DNA of 64,000 nt from Camelus ferus (taxonomy: Eukaryota): positions 52,452,001 through 52,516,000 of the forward strand of contig NC_045701.1 of the NCBI RefSeq assembly GCF_009834535.1, read 5' to 3'. The notes under the pieces are model-generated. The model saw nothing but the letters and a program-made list of their open reading frames with translations. It did not search any database and was not told the DNA's origin. A program made the translations under genes and the position numbers. Positions 24,431-37,682 of the stretch are shown one piece after another. Position 1 is the stretch's first letter. The number at the start of each line of letters is the position of its first letter.

Positions 24431-24919
24431 TGGAGGATATCAAAGGGTAACTTTCAAGAAAAATATAGAATTCAATTGGCACATTATGTCCTTAGTGAAG
24501 TTTAGAATGTGTCAGTTAAGTCCAACTGATGCCGGCTTCAGTGGGCCCCAACCGTAGACATGGGGTGACATGCCTGTCCCCTGTATTGAGGAGGAACTAT
24601 GGTGCCAAACAAGAACCCCTGGCGTTGGTCAGTGCCCTGGTCCAGCCTTGACAAGCCATCAGCCCAGATCTCAGGTTGCTGGGATGCACTTACTGGCTCT
24701 CCCAGACCCCGAGACGGGCACCTTCTCAGGTTTATTCCTTGTCAGATTCAAGATGAACACCCAAGAGAGAATGGACCGCTCCACTTTTGGCACAGCTTCA
24801 GTGCCCCTGAGGGTAATCAGTGAGCCCTCAGACTCATGTGTTTGCACACATGCGTCAAGAGAACCTGAACTTTAGTGTGTGCACTTGTTTGTTTTTAAAA
24901 GTGAGTCTGTTTATTAGCT

Positions 24920-25280
24920 GTTTGTATTAGTTAAATTCTTTGTTGCTGTAACAGAAACCAAGCTTAGGAAACTTAGCTGAAGCAGAAATGAGGAATTAAT
25001 AATCTGGGTTGGAGAGCCATAGCCAGGAATGTTCCCAGGCCTCAGAAAAATACTGGAACCAGTTCGAGGCAGTGGAAATGGAAGCAGAAAGTGGATAGCA
25101 ACCCCCTGCATCTCCTGTCTTGCCAGACCGCTCTGTTTTGTTCACCCCCCTCTGCGGGCTGCTGTGTAGGGTCAACGTGATACTCCATAGCCAAGCCAGA
25201 GCCTCCCATAATGCTTGCCTGGACATAACCACTGATGGCATTTTGGAATATGTCCCTTTAGGGTTTTTCTCAGGCATAAA
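24920..25280 (-). mobile_element. Old MaLR/ERVL-type LTR (MLT1J-L-like)
   Basis: tgtattagttaaattctttgttgctgtaacagaaacc start typical of antisense late MLT1 subfamilies; subfamily uncertain. Confidence 0.55.
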
Positions 25281-25412
25281 TCCATACTTTTAAACAAAGT
25301 CAAGATTCTATATTCTATATTCTTCTATAACTGATTTGTTGTACCTATCAATAAATGTGCCATAAACATTTTTCCATTTCCTCATCTATTTTTCTGCATA
25401 CTCCTTTTTTTT

Positions 25413-25608
25413 ATGTTCCAATAAAACTTTATTTATGGGCACTGAAGTCTGAATGTCACAGAATTTTCATGAGTCATGAAATATTCTCCTGTTTGTTGTT
25501 TTTTTTTCCAACCATTGAAAAATGTTAACAACAACTTAGCTTGTGGGTCACACAAAAACAGGCAGTAGTCCCAGTATGGCCCACAGGGCATATTTTGCTG
25601 GTCCCCCT
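25413..25608 (+). mobile_element. MER58B-like hAT-Charlie, 3' half
   Basis: tgttccaataaaactttatttatgggcactgaa...ttccaaccatt...cacaaaaacaggc...tggcccacaggg...cccctg matches recalled consensus. Confidence 0.85.
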
Positions 25609-25894
25609 GTTAGAAACTTCATGGCTGGTATTTATACTGACCTTTCAAGTTGCATAATTTCAGCAGCGCCTACAACCCCATGCCTCAATGTCCTTCTCCT
25701 TTACCCAGGAAACAGCAAGCTAAGAAAACTTGGTAATCAAGGTAGAGAACCGAAAAACAGAGACTGTGAGTTGCCCATGATCAATCTAAACTGATTATTG
25801 AAAAATAAGGCAACTCTTACCATTGGAGAACTTTTATACTATAAGAAGGTCTATTTTAATAAGGACTAACAAGAGGAAAAGTTAGTCTGAATTA

Positions 25895-26300
25895 AAGACT
25901 TTATTTTTAATTTTTTTTACTTTGTTTTTAAATTTTTTAAAATATACTTTTAAAGTTTACTTTACATTTACAGTTGTTACAAAATATTGGCTGTGTTCCC
26001 CACATGGTATAGGACATCCTGGAGGCTGTCTTACACCCAGTGGTTTGTGCCTCTGACTCCTCTACCCCTACATTCCCGCCCCTGCCCCCCAAAACCACTC
26101 ATTTGTTCTCTATATCTGTAGGTCTGGTTCTTTTTTTGTTATATCCACTAGTTGTATTTTTTTTAGATTCTACATATAAGTGGTATCATTCAGTGTTTAT
26201 CTTTCTCTGTCTGACATACTTCAGTTAGCATAGCACCCTCTAAGTCCATCCGTGGAGTTGCATACTAACTTGTAACAGCTGACTAGTATTCTGCCATATG
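25895..26300 (-). mobile_element. L1 3' UTR fragment
   Basis: acagttgttacaaaatattggctgtgttcccc...ttgttctctatatctgt...ttttagattctacatataagtggtatcat...tctttctctgtctgac. Confidence 0.85.
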
Positions 26301-28499
26301 GATGTTCAGTAATCTCACATCCAATTTGATCAGAGTAACTTAAATCTTTTATTTTAACTTACAACATCCCCCAATCCATTTATTGCAACTTAAGATATAT
26401 TTACCAATCTAGAGAAAAGACTCTGGCAACATTACAGTTTTCTCCCTTAATATTTTGCAATTGTTCACTATCACCTAACTCAACAGCATTTTTTTTTTTT
26501 TTGGTCCTCTCAACTTTATCCAGTCTTTCTAGAACATTCAATACAGCATCTTGAGAAAGAAAAATCTTTCTTCTGTCATTTCATTGGTGTACATATTATT
26601 TAGTTAAATCACATAATTACAGTAAAAACCATGGCAGCATAAACAGGTTTGGGAACAAACACAACTGATTCCTGGTGAGCATGCAACTCACGTAGTGGGA
26701 GTCCAAGTGTGTGGGGTAGCCAAAGAGAGCCTACCGGTGGTAGGGATTCGCCACGCTGGGGCATCAGACAATACGTTTATATGAAGAATAGAGAGCTTTG
26801 GTTAATCCAGGGGGCGATGTAGATTTTAAAGAATACTTTTATTATGCAGTAATTTATTTAACCAATTTCCTATGTTGGGCATCTAAAGGTTTTTTTTTTT
26901 TCCCCTCTCACTGTTAAAAGTAATGCAGCACTAAATACCCACGCAGATAATTCTTTGGGGGCACTTTCATAATTATTCCCAGAATTGGAACTCCTGGGTA
27001 AAATTATACACATTTTAAAGAATTTAAATACACATTTTCAAATTGTTCCCCAGAAAGGCTTCCCTGGCCTTGATATTTTAAAACACAGTTTAAAATAATA
27101 AGAGACCTTTTACCGGGGAGTCTAATTAAACAACCAACTTCATTTTTCTGTATATGGCAGGAGTTTAAGTCTGATCTTTTCTTCTAAAACAATGACTTCA
27201 CCCCCTTCCAAGACATGGCAGACAAATACCTTCCCTTTGTTTTCAGTGACAATAGCAACAGTTCCCACGGATGAAATTTATTTTTCATTTAGTAATTCAA
27301 CCCATTTGGTTTTAGGATGTGGCCAGGCAAAATGAGCCAAAAATGCAAGATTAAGGCAACTTGATTTTTCAGCTGTGTGTATCGTTGAGCTTTGGATTTG
27401 GCCGACACAAACAGTTTCCATGGTTTGGGAGTTTCTGTTGTAGCAACAAGTTCCTTGGGCAGCAGTCTGTTAGATGCAAGGTCCCTCTGTGAGGAACATT
27501 CTGAACTCAGAGAGGAAGAGGACCAGATCAGGTGGTGCTTGGACAGAGGCTCTGGGGTGCCCATCCTACCCCCAGCTTAGGCCAAAAGTAACCCAGTCAT
27601 CAATTTCTCTGAAGAGTTTTTCCATTGTTTGGAACTTCCCGGTGGAAGTATGCAACTTGCTAATGTCAACAAGGCTTGAATGGGGGACGCTGGCAGACGT
27701 ACTGATGTGAAATTACTATATTATTTTTGAACTTGAAGCAACTGCTCTTCTCTGTCTTTGGGATGGGGAGGTGGGTGTCTGAGGGGTCCAGAATTGTTCC
27801 TCCCAAGTGTGTTTGTCATTTGAGATGGTGGGTGCATGAGGCTCAGGAATGGACTGGAGGACAGGCTGAAAGAGGGGGGCAGTTAGAGAGATGCTGAAGA
27901 TGAGGCAGAAACATGTGGCCCAACCAGGTCGCCCATCACAAGAGCCGAGCTAATGGCAAGAACCCAGGAACTGGGTCGACATGAGGGCGTTTGAATAACC
28001 AGGAAAGTCGGTGGGCCAGTGGGATGAGGTCTGGGCGAATTCTGCTAAGACGAGTTGGCACTGCCCATTGAGGGCTTTTATACACGTTTGGCGAACATTA
28101 TGTAGGTAAATGTGTTCATTTACAAAGACTGGGGTGACCTGGGCCACGATGGCCTTGAAAAGAATGGCTTCAAATGGCTGTGGGAGACTTGGGGAGTTTT
28201 TTGAACTCCAGGTTTTTAAAAAGGCGAGAGATCAGGAGAGTCAGAGGGACTTACCTTTTTTCATACCCACAGGTCACAGAGATGAGAAGGTTCTCAGAAT
28301 CCCTCTTCAATCTCTTTCCCAATTTCTTATAAAAGCTTGAAATACCCTACAGAAATTCACTGTTTTGAGGAGTATGTAATATCTGAAAGTAGCTTCAAAA
28401 TGAAAGTTACAAAATGGATACATAAAACATATATACGATAGAACAAACAATGATTCCGTGTACTGGTTTATGAAAAATAGTTTATCTTTGAAGTCCTTT

Positions 28500-30110
28500 G
28501 CCTGCTCTTCCTTCTCAGAGAAAACTGTTACCCTGATTTCACGTTGGTCATCACCTTGCTTTTGTTTAAGATTTTACCTTTCATGTTTATTTGTCTCCAA
28601 AACATATTATTTGGTTTTCCTTATATTTGAACTTTATCTAAGTGGAATCATACTGTGTTTTGCAGCCTTGAAAAATCACTGGTGTTTCTTGCTTCATTCA
28701 TGTTCTTGTATCTGCCATTTATTTGTCTCATTGCTGTAATTGTACTGAATGAACATGCCACAATTTAAACTTTATTCTACAACGGATGGACATTTATATT
28801 TTTTCTAGATTTTTTACGATCCCTAAACAGTGTTCCTGAGAGTATTCTTGTGTGGGTCTTCTGGTACTTATGTGCAAGAGTTTCTGTGGGTTTATTCCTA
28901 GGAGGGAAGATGTGGAATCACAGGGCTTGTGCATCTTCAGATTTGTCAGAAAATGCCAAATTATTTTCCAAAGTGATTGCACCCATTTGAATTTCCACCA
29001 GTGGTGTGTAAGTGTTGAAATCATCACCAATACTTGCTTTTTTTCAGAATTTTTAATTTTTGCCTTTCTGGTAGGCATGAAATACTATAATTATTTTTGC
29101 ATTCTTAATTTGCATTTTTCTTACTACGACTAGGTTGATATTTTCAACTTTATTGGCACATTTTCTCTTTTGTGATGTCTGTTCAAGCTTTGATTGTTTT
29201 CCTTTTTTTTTAATTTGTAGAATCTCTTTATAGATTGTGAATATTAAACTGTGGTCAGCTGTGTCTGTTGCAAATGTCTTCTCCCAGTTGGGTGGTTTGT
29301 CTTTTTATTCTCTACATGATGCCCTTCGATGTACGGAAGTACTTAATTTTAGTATCATTGGTGTTTGCCAAGTCTTTCCTTTAAGGTTTGTGCTTTTAAA
29401 CCTTATTTTAAAAATTTTTTTTCCTGTGTCATGATCATAAAGATATTCTATTTTTTTTCTACAAATGTTAAAGTGTTGCCTTTCTCTCTTACATATCTAA
29501 TTCACCTGGAAATTGATTTTAACGTAAGCCGTGAGGAAGAGATCCAATTTGATTGGTTTTCCTTATGGCTTTCCAATTGTTCCAGTACCATTTTTTCAAG
29601 AAGTGCATCCTTTTTTTTCTGTTCTGCAGTCTCTCTCTGCCGTAAACCACACGCGTGCTCTGTTCTGTTTTATCCGTTACTCATACACTATTGCTTTGAG
29701 GTAGCTATATAATAATTCTTGATAAAAGATTAGGAAAATTTTTCCACTCCCAATTTTTTTTACCAAGATAATCCTCACTACTTTTAGTTCTTTGTACTTC
29801 CATGTGCGTTTTAAATACAGCTTGTGTAGTTATATACCTTCCCATATGCATACAAAAGGGAAAAGTTAAAAATAAATCTCTTGGGATTTTGATTTGCCTT
29901 GCTTTGAATTTATAAATTTTAGGAGAATTGGCATCTTTACAATATTGAGTTAACCAATTCGCAACATGATCTAATGCTACATTTATTTATTTTTTATCTT
30001 TGAAATAACATTTTGTAATTTTCTCTATGAAGGCCTTGCACATTTTTTATTAGATATATAGTTCTATATTTTTAATGCTGTTATAAAACAGCACTTTTAA
30101 TACTATGCTT
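28500..30110 (-). mobile_element. Old L1 (L1ME/MC-type) fragments
   Basis: ggatggacattt; cttctggtacttatgtgcaagagtttct; aatgccaaattattttccaaagtgattgcacccattt; ttgcaaatgtcttctcccag are antisense L1 ORF2-end motifs. Confidence 0.75.
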
Positions 30111-33100
30111 TAGAATTCTTTGTTCATATATTATGTATCTAAAATTGTGAACCTGAAAACAGTACAGGTGAAAGATGATAATGACTTGAACTAGGGCGAG
30201 GGAGGTGAAGAGGGAGGTGGTGAAACTGCACGTATATCAAAGATCAAGTCTGCAGAACTCATTGATACTGTAATACAGTATGATATTGACATCTTCTATA
30301 TATTTGTGTGTAGATGGGGATTTTTTTATTATAAGAGCTCATATTTTGAAAACTTGATCTCTGGCAATATTTTGCACCTGGGTCAGAAATGATGTCCATC
30401 AGAGAGAATTTTCTCTTGCTTCTGCCGGTCTTTTGGGCAACCACTGACCCTAAAACACTTTAAACCAAATATTCCTGTTGAGGAGTTTTTCATGACCTAG
30501 GTAGCAAGAAGCCACATGAAATCTGGCTTGTGGTTAAGGAGATTGGAGGGAGAGTTTTTCTCCCTCCCACTCTCCCCACAGTTTGAGAAGATACTCTTCC
30601 TTCCATGACCCAGGGTTGGGGACAGGCTTACATCCAGTCTGCTCTTAACTGAGCATGTAGCCGTGTGAACTCCAGCATCAGTGGGGATCTCTTATTAGAC
30701 TCCCCACTGTCTGTGGGCTGTCTTTCTCCCTGAACCCATTGCAATATGGAAACTGATACTCAGTTTTACCTGGGGTTGGCATATCCCTGAGAGCAAAAGC
30801 CAACATAAGTGCTCTGCTTAGGCTTCTGGCTTCAAATTTAGTTTGTTTTTGTTTGTTTGGTTGGTTTTCTTTTTTTCTTTTTGGCCTCAGAGAATGTCTT
30901 CCTTTCTGGACAGCTCATCAACAAATTTTAAAAGATGCTAAAATAGGCATCCAGGGTTTTTAGTTGTTTCCAGCAGTAGAATTGATAAGGGTTTCTAGCC
31001 CACCGTGCTGTCAGAAATATTGACTTTACTCCTCGAAGTTGAGGCTTCCAGTCTAGTTAAAATGCAAATGTCCATGCTTGAGATGGCATGTTAAAGCAGT
31101 ATTTCTCACAGTGTCATCTTAAGACTCATTCCATAAAAATTATTTGGCGTGCTTGTTAAAATGCTGATTGTGGATCACATTTCAAACTTCTGATACATGT
31201 GTCGAGATGAAAGGAGAAAGAATTTTTATTGTGTTCCAGTGCACAGTCACGTTGTTATCTCTTGCACTTTTGTAAAGATTAGCTTCAGATCCTTTTCGGG
31301 AACAAATTTTCACAACAGAAAAGCTTAGGAATACTAGATATCTGGAGGAAAAATGCTTCCTGATATTGACATGAAAAAAACTGCTTTTCTCTGCAAGGAG
31401 TCCAGCAATCCCCGATTCCACTTCCCTGACTGCTGCGGTGAGGGCACTGCCAACCATGCGTACCTATACATATACATTATTTTGTCTCAAAGCCAGTGCT
31501 TGACTTGTTTTATAGGATTTTCTTGGGACCATCCAAGAAAATGTGAAGGAGCCACATTTTCCAGTCATGTTTATAGAGAAACCATGGAGCCTCAGAAAGG
31601 TTCAATAGCTTCTCCTTTTAGAAAGAGAAAAAAAAACCTTTATACTTTCTTATAAAAATATGTTTGGGCATAACTCCAACTATTCTCCTCGGAGAAATTC
31701 TTTGAAATGGGTTTACTAGGTTCCCCAGGTATACCTATTTTAAGACTCCCCATCCCCTAATAAAAATAGCTTTATTATCCTGATTATAAAAAAAAAAACT
31801 GGTATAAGCTCAATGTTAGATATGTACAGGCACTTCAAAATGATTTAAGAAGAAATTAAAATTACCCCAACCAATCAACTAGAGAAAACCATGGCTAAAC
31901 ATGTTCATGTGTTCTATATCTTGTTAGATTCTTTTCTTATGCACACAAACATTTTATTTTTCAAAAAACAGAGAAAATCCAGTTTGTAATCTGATTTTTA
32001 AAATCAGCATTGTATTTTGAATCCCTTTCCATGTCTGTAGATGCGGGTTGTGGAAAACAGCTTCGTGATTTGTAGGGGTCACACACCATGTAGTTAGCAT
32101 CTAGCAGAATACCTGGTCGTAGCAGTTTCCTCATTTGTTTATTCAGCAAATACTTGTAATCCGGCTTGCCATGCTGGTGACTCCTCCCGGGCAGTCAACT
32201 CACCTTTGCAGCCATTAGGCATCCACATTTTATGGATTTTATACCATTTAGTTCCTCCTCCCCTCAGTCTGTGCCTGTTGGGTGAGAGGTACATAGAGGC
32301 CCCAGAGAATCCACCGGCTGGCCAGGGACCTAAGATGTGCTCTCATAAGCAAAGGATGAGCTCACGAATGAGAGTCCATGTCTTAAGAATTTAAATTCAG
32401 AAACACTCAGAAGAGACAGCACAGCAGGAGCAGAATTGAAAAGTCCTCTTACAGTGCAAGAGTAGGGAGGTCCTAAAGGACCTCGTTTAGGGCACATTCA
32501 CCAAAAAGCCGAAACTGTGGGGTAAAGACAAGAGATGGAGATGGAGGAAGCCAGCTGGAGGAATGCAGGAGGAAGCAGTCAGTGGAGGGTGGCTGAGCCG
32601 GTTCATGGTGGAGCACTGGGGTGAAATCCACAGCTCAGTCTGCTGGTCCCCCCCTCCGGTTATCTCCTGCTTAGACTTCTACAGTGGGTCCTCCTGTTAG
32701 ATATCTGCTAGAGCCCACCTCCCTAGTCCTCCCTGTATCCTCACAGTTCTATCCGGTAGTGCATCCACCTATAAATCAATAGTTTGATTTCTTTCTGCTC
32801 CCTGAAGCCTAGGGAATTTCAGTATCATGGTTATTTTCATCATTTAGACACAAGAGTTACATAAGGGAGTGGATTTTTGGTTTTAGGTTTATAGCTTTTT
32901 CTTATGTGTACATGTGTTATGAGAATGTAAATTTTTTGTTAAGTATATTTCTTCTAACTTCATTGCAATATGATTAGGGGGTTTTCTTGGTGGCTGAGAA
33001 TGGTGCACATTTCTGCACATGCTAAAGGAATGTGCATTCTCAATTTGAAGGAACAGTACTTTAACTTTATGAAATGTTTAAATACTCTGCTTCTTTATTT

Positions 33101-33459
33101 TTGGTTTTCTAATCTGTCAGGAACTAAAAAGTAGTCCATTAAAGTCTTCACTACTGTACTGTTTCTGACCATCTTTTTTTCTTATACCTCCAATTGTCAC
33201 TTTACACAGTCTGATGCAGTAGTTCATTTCCTCCAGTGCTTTTTCTATTTAATGTCAATTGCCTTGGTACCTGTTGTCTGATGTTAATATGACCACCTTT
33301 CTTTCTCTTTGTGTGTATTTTTGGTATGTCTTTAGTCATCCTTATAATTTAAAATTTTCTATATCATATTTTTTTAAAGTTTCTCTCACTGAAAGTATAG
33401 ATATTTTGTTGATCTTTTTATTTAGACCAATGTGAAAGTCTCTGGAATTAATAGAACTA

Positions 33460-34455
33460 GTTCAGACACAGTCTGGCCATCTCCAGGCCCATTTGGTTTT
33501 CTTCCTGGGCCCCCAGTTCCCCTTGGTGTTAAGTGTGGGTGTGTGGCAGTTCTGGCTAAAAGAATACGGTGAAAGAGAAGTCACTGATTCCTCTGCTCCT
33601 CTGGTCTGCATGGCAGCGCCCAAGGCAACTCTGTAAACCACGGGGGAAAGGGCAGAGTCTCTGCTAGTCTGAGACCTCAAATACCTGCACGAGGCAGAGC
33701 CTCTGTACTGTCAGCTGGATTATATGTAAGACAGCCATAAACTTCTATTACGTAAAGCCACCCAGTTGCTCATGGCACGGCAGCTGGTGTGAACGAATGC
33801 AAGAAACGGTCAAGAAAGTGGGTGCTATCATAACAACAAAACCACAACATATAATACTGTCTCACTAGCTGGGGAGTGGGCAGCAAGGAAACTGGTATTG
33901 AAGGCTAAAGGATGGAGACCCATGGTGTACAATGGCAAAATGTTTTGGAGAAATTTTGTCAGTGATAACTGGAAAGGCAGACAAAGTGCTGAATGAGCCC
34001 AGAGTTCTATGGGAAGAAATTGGATAAAAGAATGTCAGTGCTGTCTGCTAGTGGACGTGGCTGCATTTTGCAAGGTTTTAGGAGCAAGGGCTCAGGCAAG
34101 AACTGCCTGTCTTGAAAGCAGGAAAGAAGGAAAATAGAGTCCAGAAATTTGGGGCTTTTCAAGTAGGAAAAGTTGACTGCCTTTAGAGCTCAAAGGGCAA
34201 GAAACCAAGTTGGAAACAGATTTTGAGGAGTTAAATCCCTCGAAGACTCATTCTCAAGGCAAGGATTTATTAAGGGTGTTGTATATCCTCCCCAAATAGC
34301 CAGCATTAAATTGAGAAAGAGTAGAAAGGAGTTGAGTGCGAAAAAAGTAAATTAGATTTGAGAGTTACGTCTAACAGGAAAGAAATTTGGATGTAGTTAC
34401 TGACATACAGAACTTCCTGGAAGCAAGTAAAATAGAAACTATTAAGGATTTGGAG
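33460..34455 (+). mobile_element. MLT1 (H/I/J-like) LTR followed by MLT1 internal-region remnant
   Basis: LTR-like end aaacttctattacgtaaagccac...gaatgca then agaaagtgggtgctat...ggaaactggtattgaaggctaaagggatggagacccatg resembling MLT1-int start. Confidence 0.7.
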
Positions 34456-34469
34456 AGAATTGTATTGTT

Positions 34470-34955
34470 TTTCTTTTTAATTTTTAATAGCTTTATTGAG
34501 ATCTAATTCATACCTTATGCAATTCACCCATTTAAAATATACAATGCAATGATTTTTTGTATATGCACAGAATATACCAAATCATCACCACCCCAGATTT
34601 TAGAACACTTTCATCACCTTAGAAACACATACTCTTTAACTATCACCCCCACTTCCCCACTCCCTGCTTCCCAACCCNNNNNNNNNNNNNNNNNNNNNNN
34701 NNNNNNNNNNNNNNNNNNNNNNNNNNNNNNNNNNNNNNNNNNNNNNNNNNNNNNNNNNNNNNNNNNNNNNNNNNNNNNNNNNNNNNNNNNNNNNNNNNNN
34801 NNNNNNGTATCAAACTTCATTTCCTTTACAGACAGATAATATTTCATCATATAAATATACCAGATTTTGTTTACCCATTTGTCTGCTGGGCATTTGAGTT
34901 GTTTCTCCCTTTTGGCTGTTATGAATAATGCTGACATGAACATTTGTGTACGAGT
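34470..34955 (-). mobile_element. L1MB-type 3' end, partly N (34678-34806)
   Basis: tagctttattgagatctaattcatac...aattcacccatttaaaatatacaat...ttttagaacactttcatcacc...ggctgttatgaataatgctg. Confidence 0.85.
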
Positions 34956-35904
34956 TCCCTTTGCTTATTTCTTGAAAAATCCTGTTCTTTTCAATAAGGA
35001 AGTTTCCACATTATCACCTAGGGCTTTCCTTTAATTTGCTTCCATCTTCAGTCAATTAGGAATTCCTTGAAGTCGTGGCATACTGATGGTACTTCTTCCT
35101 GGTTTCCAGGGCCAATGTGGGTTTTCCTCTACTTTAATATTCTTTTGATAATTTTAGTCATGATCTGGAAGGGAAAGATTTTTTGCTGGCTCTGCTTTCA
35201 GTACCTATTTTATCAAAGTCTATTCTTATACCCTTAATAAGAGGATATTGAATTTAAGTGAACTGTTTTTTTAATGACCCAAATTCATCGTAAACCTAAA
35301 TTATTCACTGAATTAATTAAGGATCCACTAATATGCATAATTCTGTTTATTTCATGAAATGGCAGTAGAACATATATTTTCCCCATATTATCATCATCAG
35401 CTGCAACAGTGGTAATGATTTATTGAGCACTCAGAATGACCAATTTAATGAGCCAAGGATGGCAAACAGTAGTTAGAGAATGATATTTATATATTTTAAA
35501 TCTTCTATAATTAGGACAGAAATTACTCCAATTTATTGAAAAATTTTAAATAAACAAGTACATAGAAAAATGAATGATTACAAATAATGATAAATTCTAT
35601 GAAGGGAATTAACAGGGTGAAGTGAGAGAGGAAGAGAGGGAGGAACCTGCTCTGTTCAAGTGTTCTGGGAAGAATTAGCCAAGGAGAATTTACCATTTAA
35701 CCACTTATTGCAATACAATTGATTAGTAACATTTAGAAATGTTTTAAATCTGAATCTTTTCATTTACTATTCGGGCAATACTTCAATGATGAAGTGAAAT
35801 CAAGCAGGCATCAGTTTTCAGTCAGTTTTGCACTTGTGGAGAAAACACTTTCTCCAAGCTGAATTCAGTAGATCCTGTCCTCTGGGTCAGCGGGACCCCC
35901 TGCA

Positions 35905-36260
35905 GTGTAGAGGGCAGTCATTAGCACTGTTCATGAATCTTTCCCTCCAGGAACATGGTGGAATTGGACTTCATTGCCCTTTTGAAGTTAAGTATGGCCA
36001 CATGATCTGCCTTGACCAATGAGACTGAGTAGAAGTGATGTGCATCTCTTGCGGGAGGAAGCTTTATAAGCCGGTGTCCAGTTCCCATAGTCCCCTTCCC
36101 AGCACTGGGTGAACCAGGAGCCTTCATCAGCCTGGCTCCTTGTGAGTATAGCAAGGAGAGCCCTCTCCCAGCCTGCGTTGGACCTGCAGTGTGAGCGAAC
36201 TAGAAACCCTTGTGCTGGGTCACTGAGATTCTGGAGTTGTTTATCTCTGACTGATTCAGG
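35905..36260 (+). mobile_element. MLT1I/J-like MaLR solo LTR
   Basis: tgaagttaagtatggccacatgatctgccttgaccaatgag...agaagtgatgtgcatc...cttcatcagcctgg...gtgtgagcgaa...aaaccctt...cactgagatt. Confidence 0.75.
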
Positions 36261-37547
36261 ATGTGGTCCAGGCTCAGGATATGGTCACCTTATAAAATGG
36301 AGATAAACCAGTCCTTTCTAGGAGTTGCTTCCTTCCTACATCCTCACAGGTCTCCAAGCTTTGGGTCCTCATTGGAGCCTCTCTGGCTCTTTGCTTACCT
36401 GGGTATACAACACGGCTCTCCGCCCTATGAAGGAGCCCTATGCTGCAGCCCTCCCTGCCTGGAAGTCCACCTGCCGTGCTGGGGGCTTCATCTCACCTCT
36501 GGTGGAGCTCTTCTTGCATGTGGACCTTATGGCCCCTTTTGGTTGGCGGTGTTACTAGGACCAGAAGCATTTGCCCTGGAACAGGAACTGAGATCCCGAG
36601 ATGGCCACTCTCCTCTTTTCACGTTAGAGCAGTTATCCGTCTTCTGCTCGCCCTTTAGTGGACACCCCTCTCAGGGGGTTAAACTCCCTGTCCCAGACTC
36701 TTAGAAGAGCTCATTCTACTGCATCCCCGGTCTCTTTGGAAGGTTCTGGAGTTTGTCACCACCATCTCAGTGAATCAGAGAGTGATTCAGGGCATGCCCT
36801 TTCTTCTGTATCAGCGGGTGGGTTGGAGGAGAGGCCTGCTTCACCAGTTTCACCTGTTTATCTAATTTCTTTGCCCTTTTTGTTCTCACTGGACACTTCT
36901 TGTGGTTAAGTAATGAGCTTACTCACATCTGGAGAACGGGGCTGTTAGCCTATGTAAAAATGTATCTAGCTTTCCTGTGGCTTGATTCAGGAAAATTTAG
37001 AAAGCAAAATGCTTACAACCTTGCTGGAGAAAGAACCTGTATATACGAAATAATGTGTGAATGAGAGAGCATTACATGTTAGCATTATATATGTCAGTAA
37101 ATTCTCTGTCATATTGCTTAGACGGTTGAAAATTTGGGCAGTAGTTGTTAGGCATGAACTGCATGGTGCTGATTTTATTGAGAAGGTGTGTAAGCCTCGC
37201 TGGGGTGTTGAAGGAAGAGACTGCTGCATTCTCTTACTCATCCTCCAGGATGTGAACGAACAATAGTTAAAGCTACTGATCAGACTTCGGGAGGAATATG
37301 GAAATAGAACATTTTGCTTCATTGGGTGACAAGATCTTCACCGAGACAAACCGCCCAAGTCCACATTTGGGTACAGACAGTCCAAGCAAGCACTTAGTGA
37401 GATTGTTTTCTCTAATTTCTGTCAGAATTACTAAGAGTATAGTGAAAGTGAAAAATGTGGCAAAATCGATCATTTAAGTTCAGATCCTTGTCCTGCATTG
37501 TACGGAAATTGTGACTCAGAGTGCGTCAATGAAAAGGCAAAGGCAGA

Positions 37548-37682
37548 CATTTTTGAACAAAACTCGGGTCCGCTTGCACGCACACAGTGAAGCCAATCTA
37601 CTGACACCGCGTAGTGGGGAAGGAAAGTGCAGAGTTTATTGCAGGGCGCTAAGCAAGTGGATCCAAGTTTGGTTCAGTAACA
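37548..37682. mobile_element. Short ERV1-LTR-derived element with two LTR U5 ends facing outward
   Basis: 37554-37577 and 37653-37676 are inverted repeats (20/24 identical); right end ...ggttcagtaaca resembles the ...tcggtaaca end of the 19172 LTR; minus-strand AATAAA at 37635-37640. Confidence 0.75.

Noticed and set aside
24746-24820. Possible plus-strand exon (ttgtcag|ATTCAAG...GAGG|gtaatc)
   Set aside because: Mediocre splice sites and unrecognised peptides in all frames
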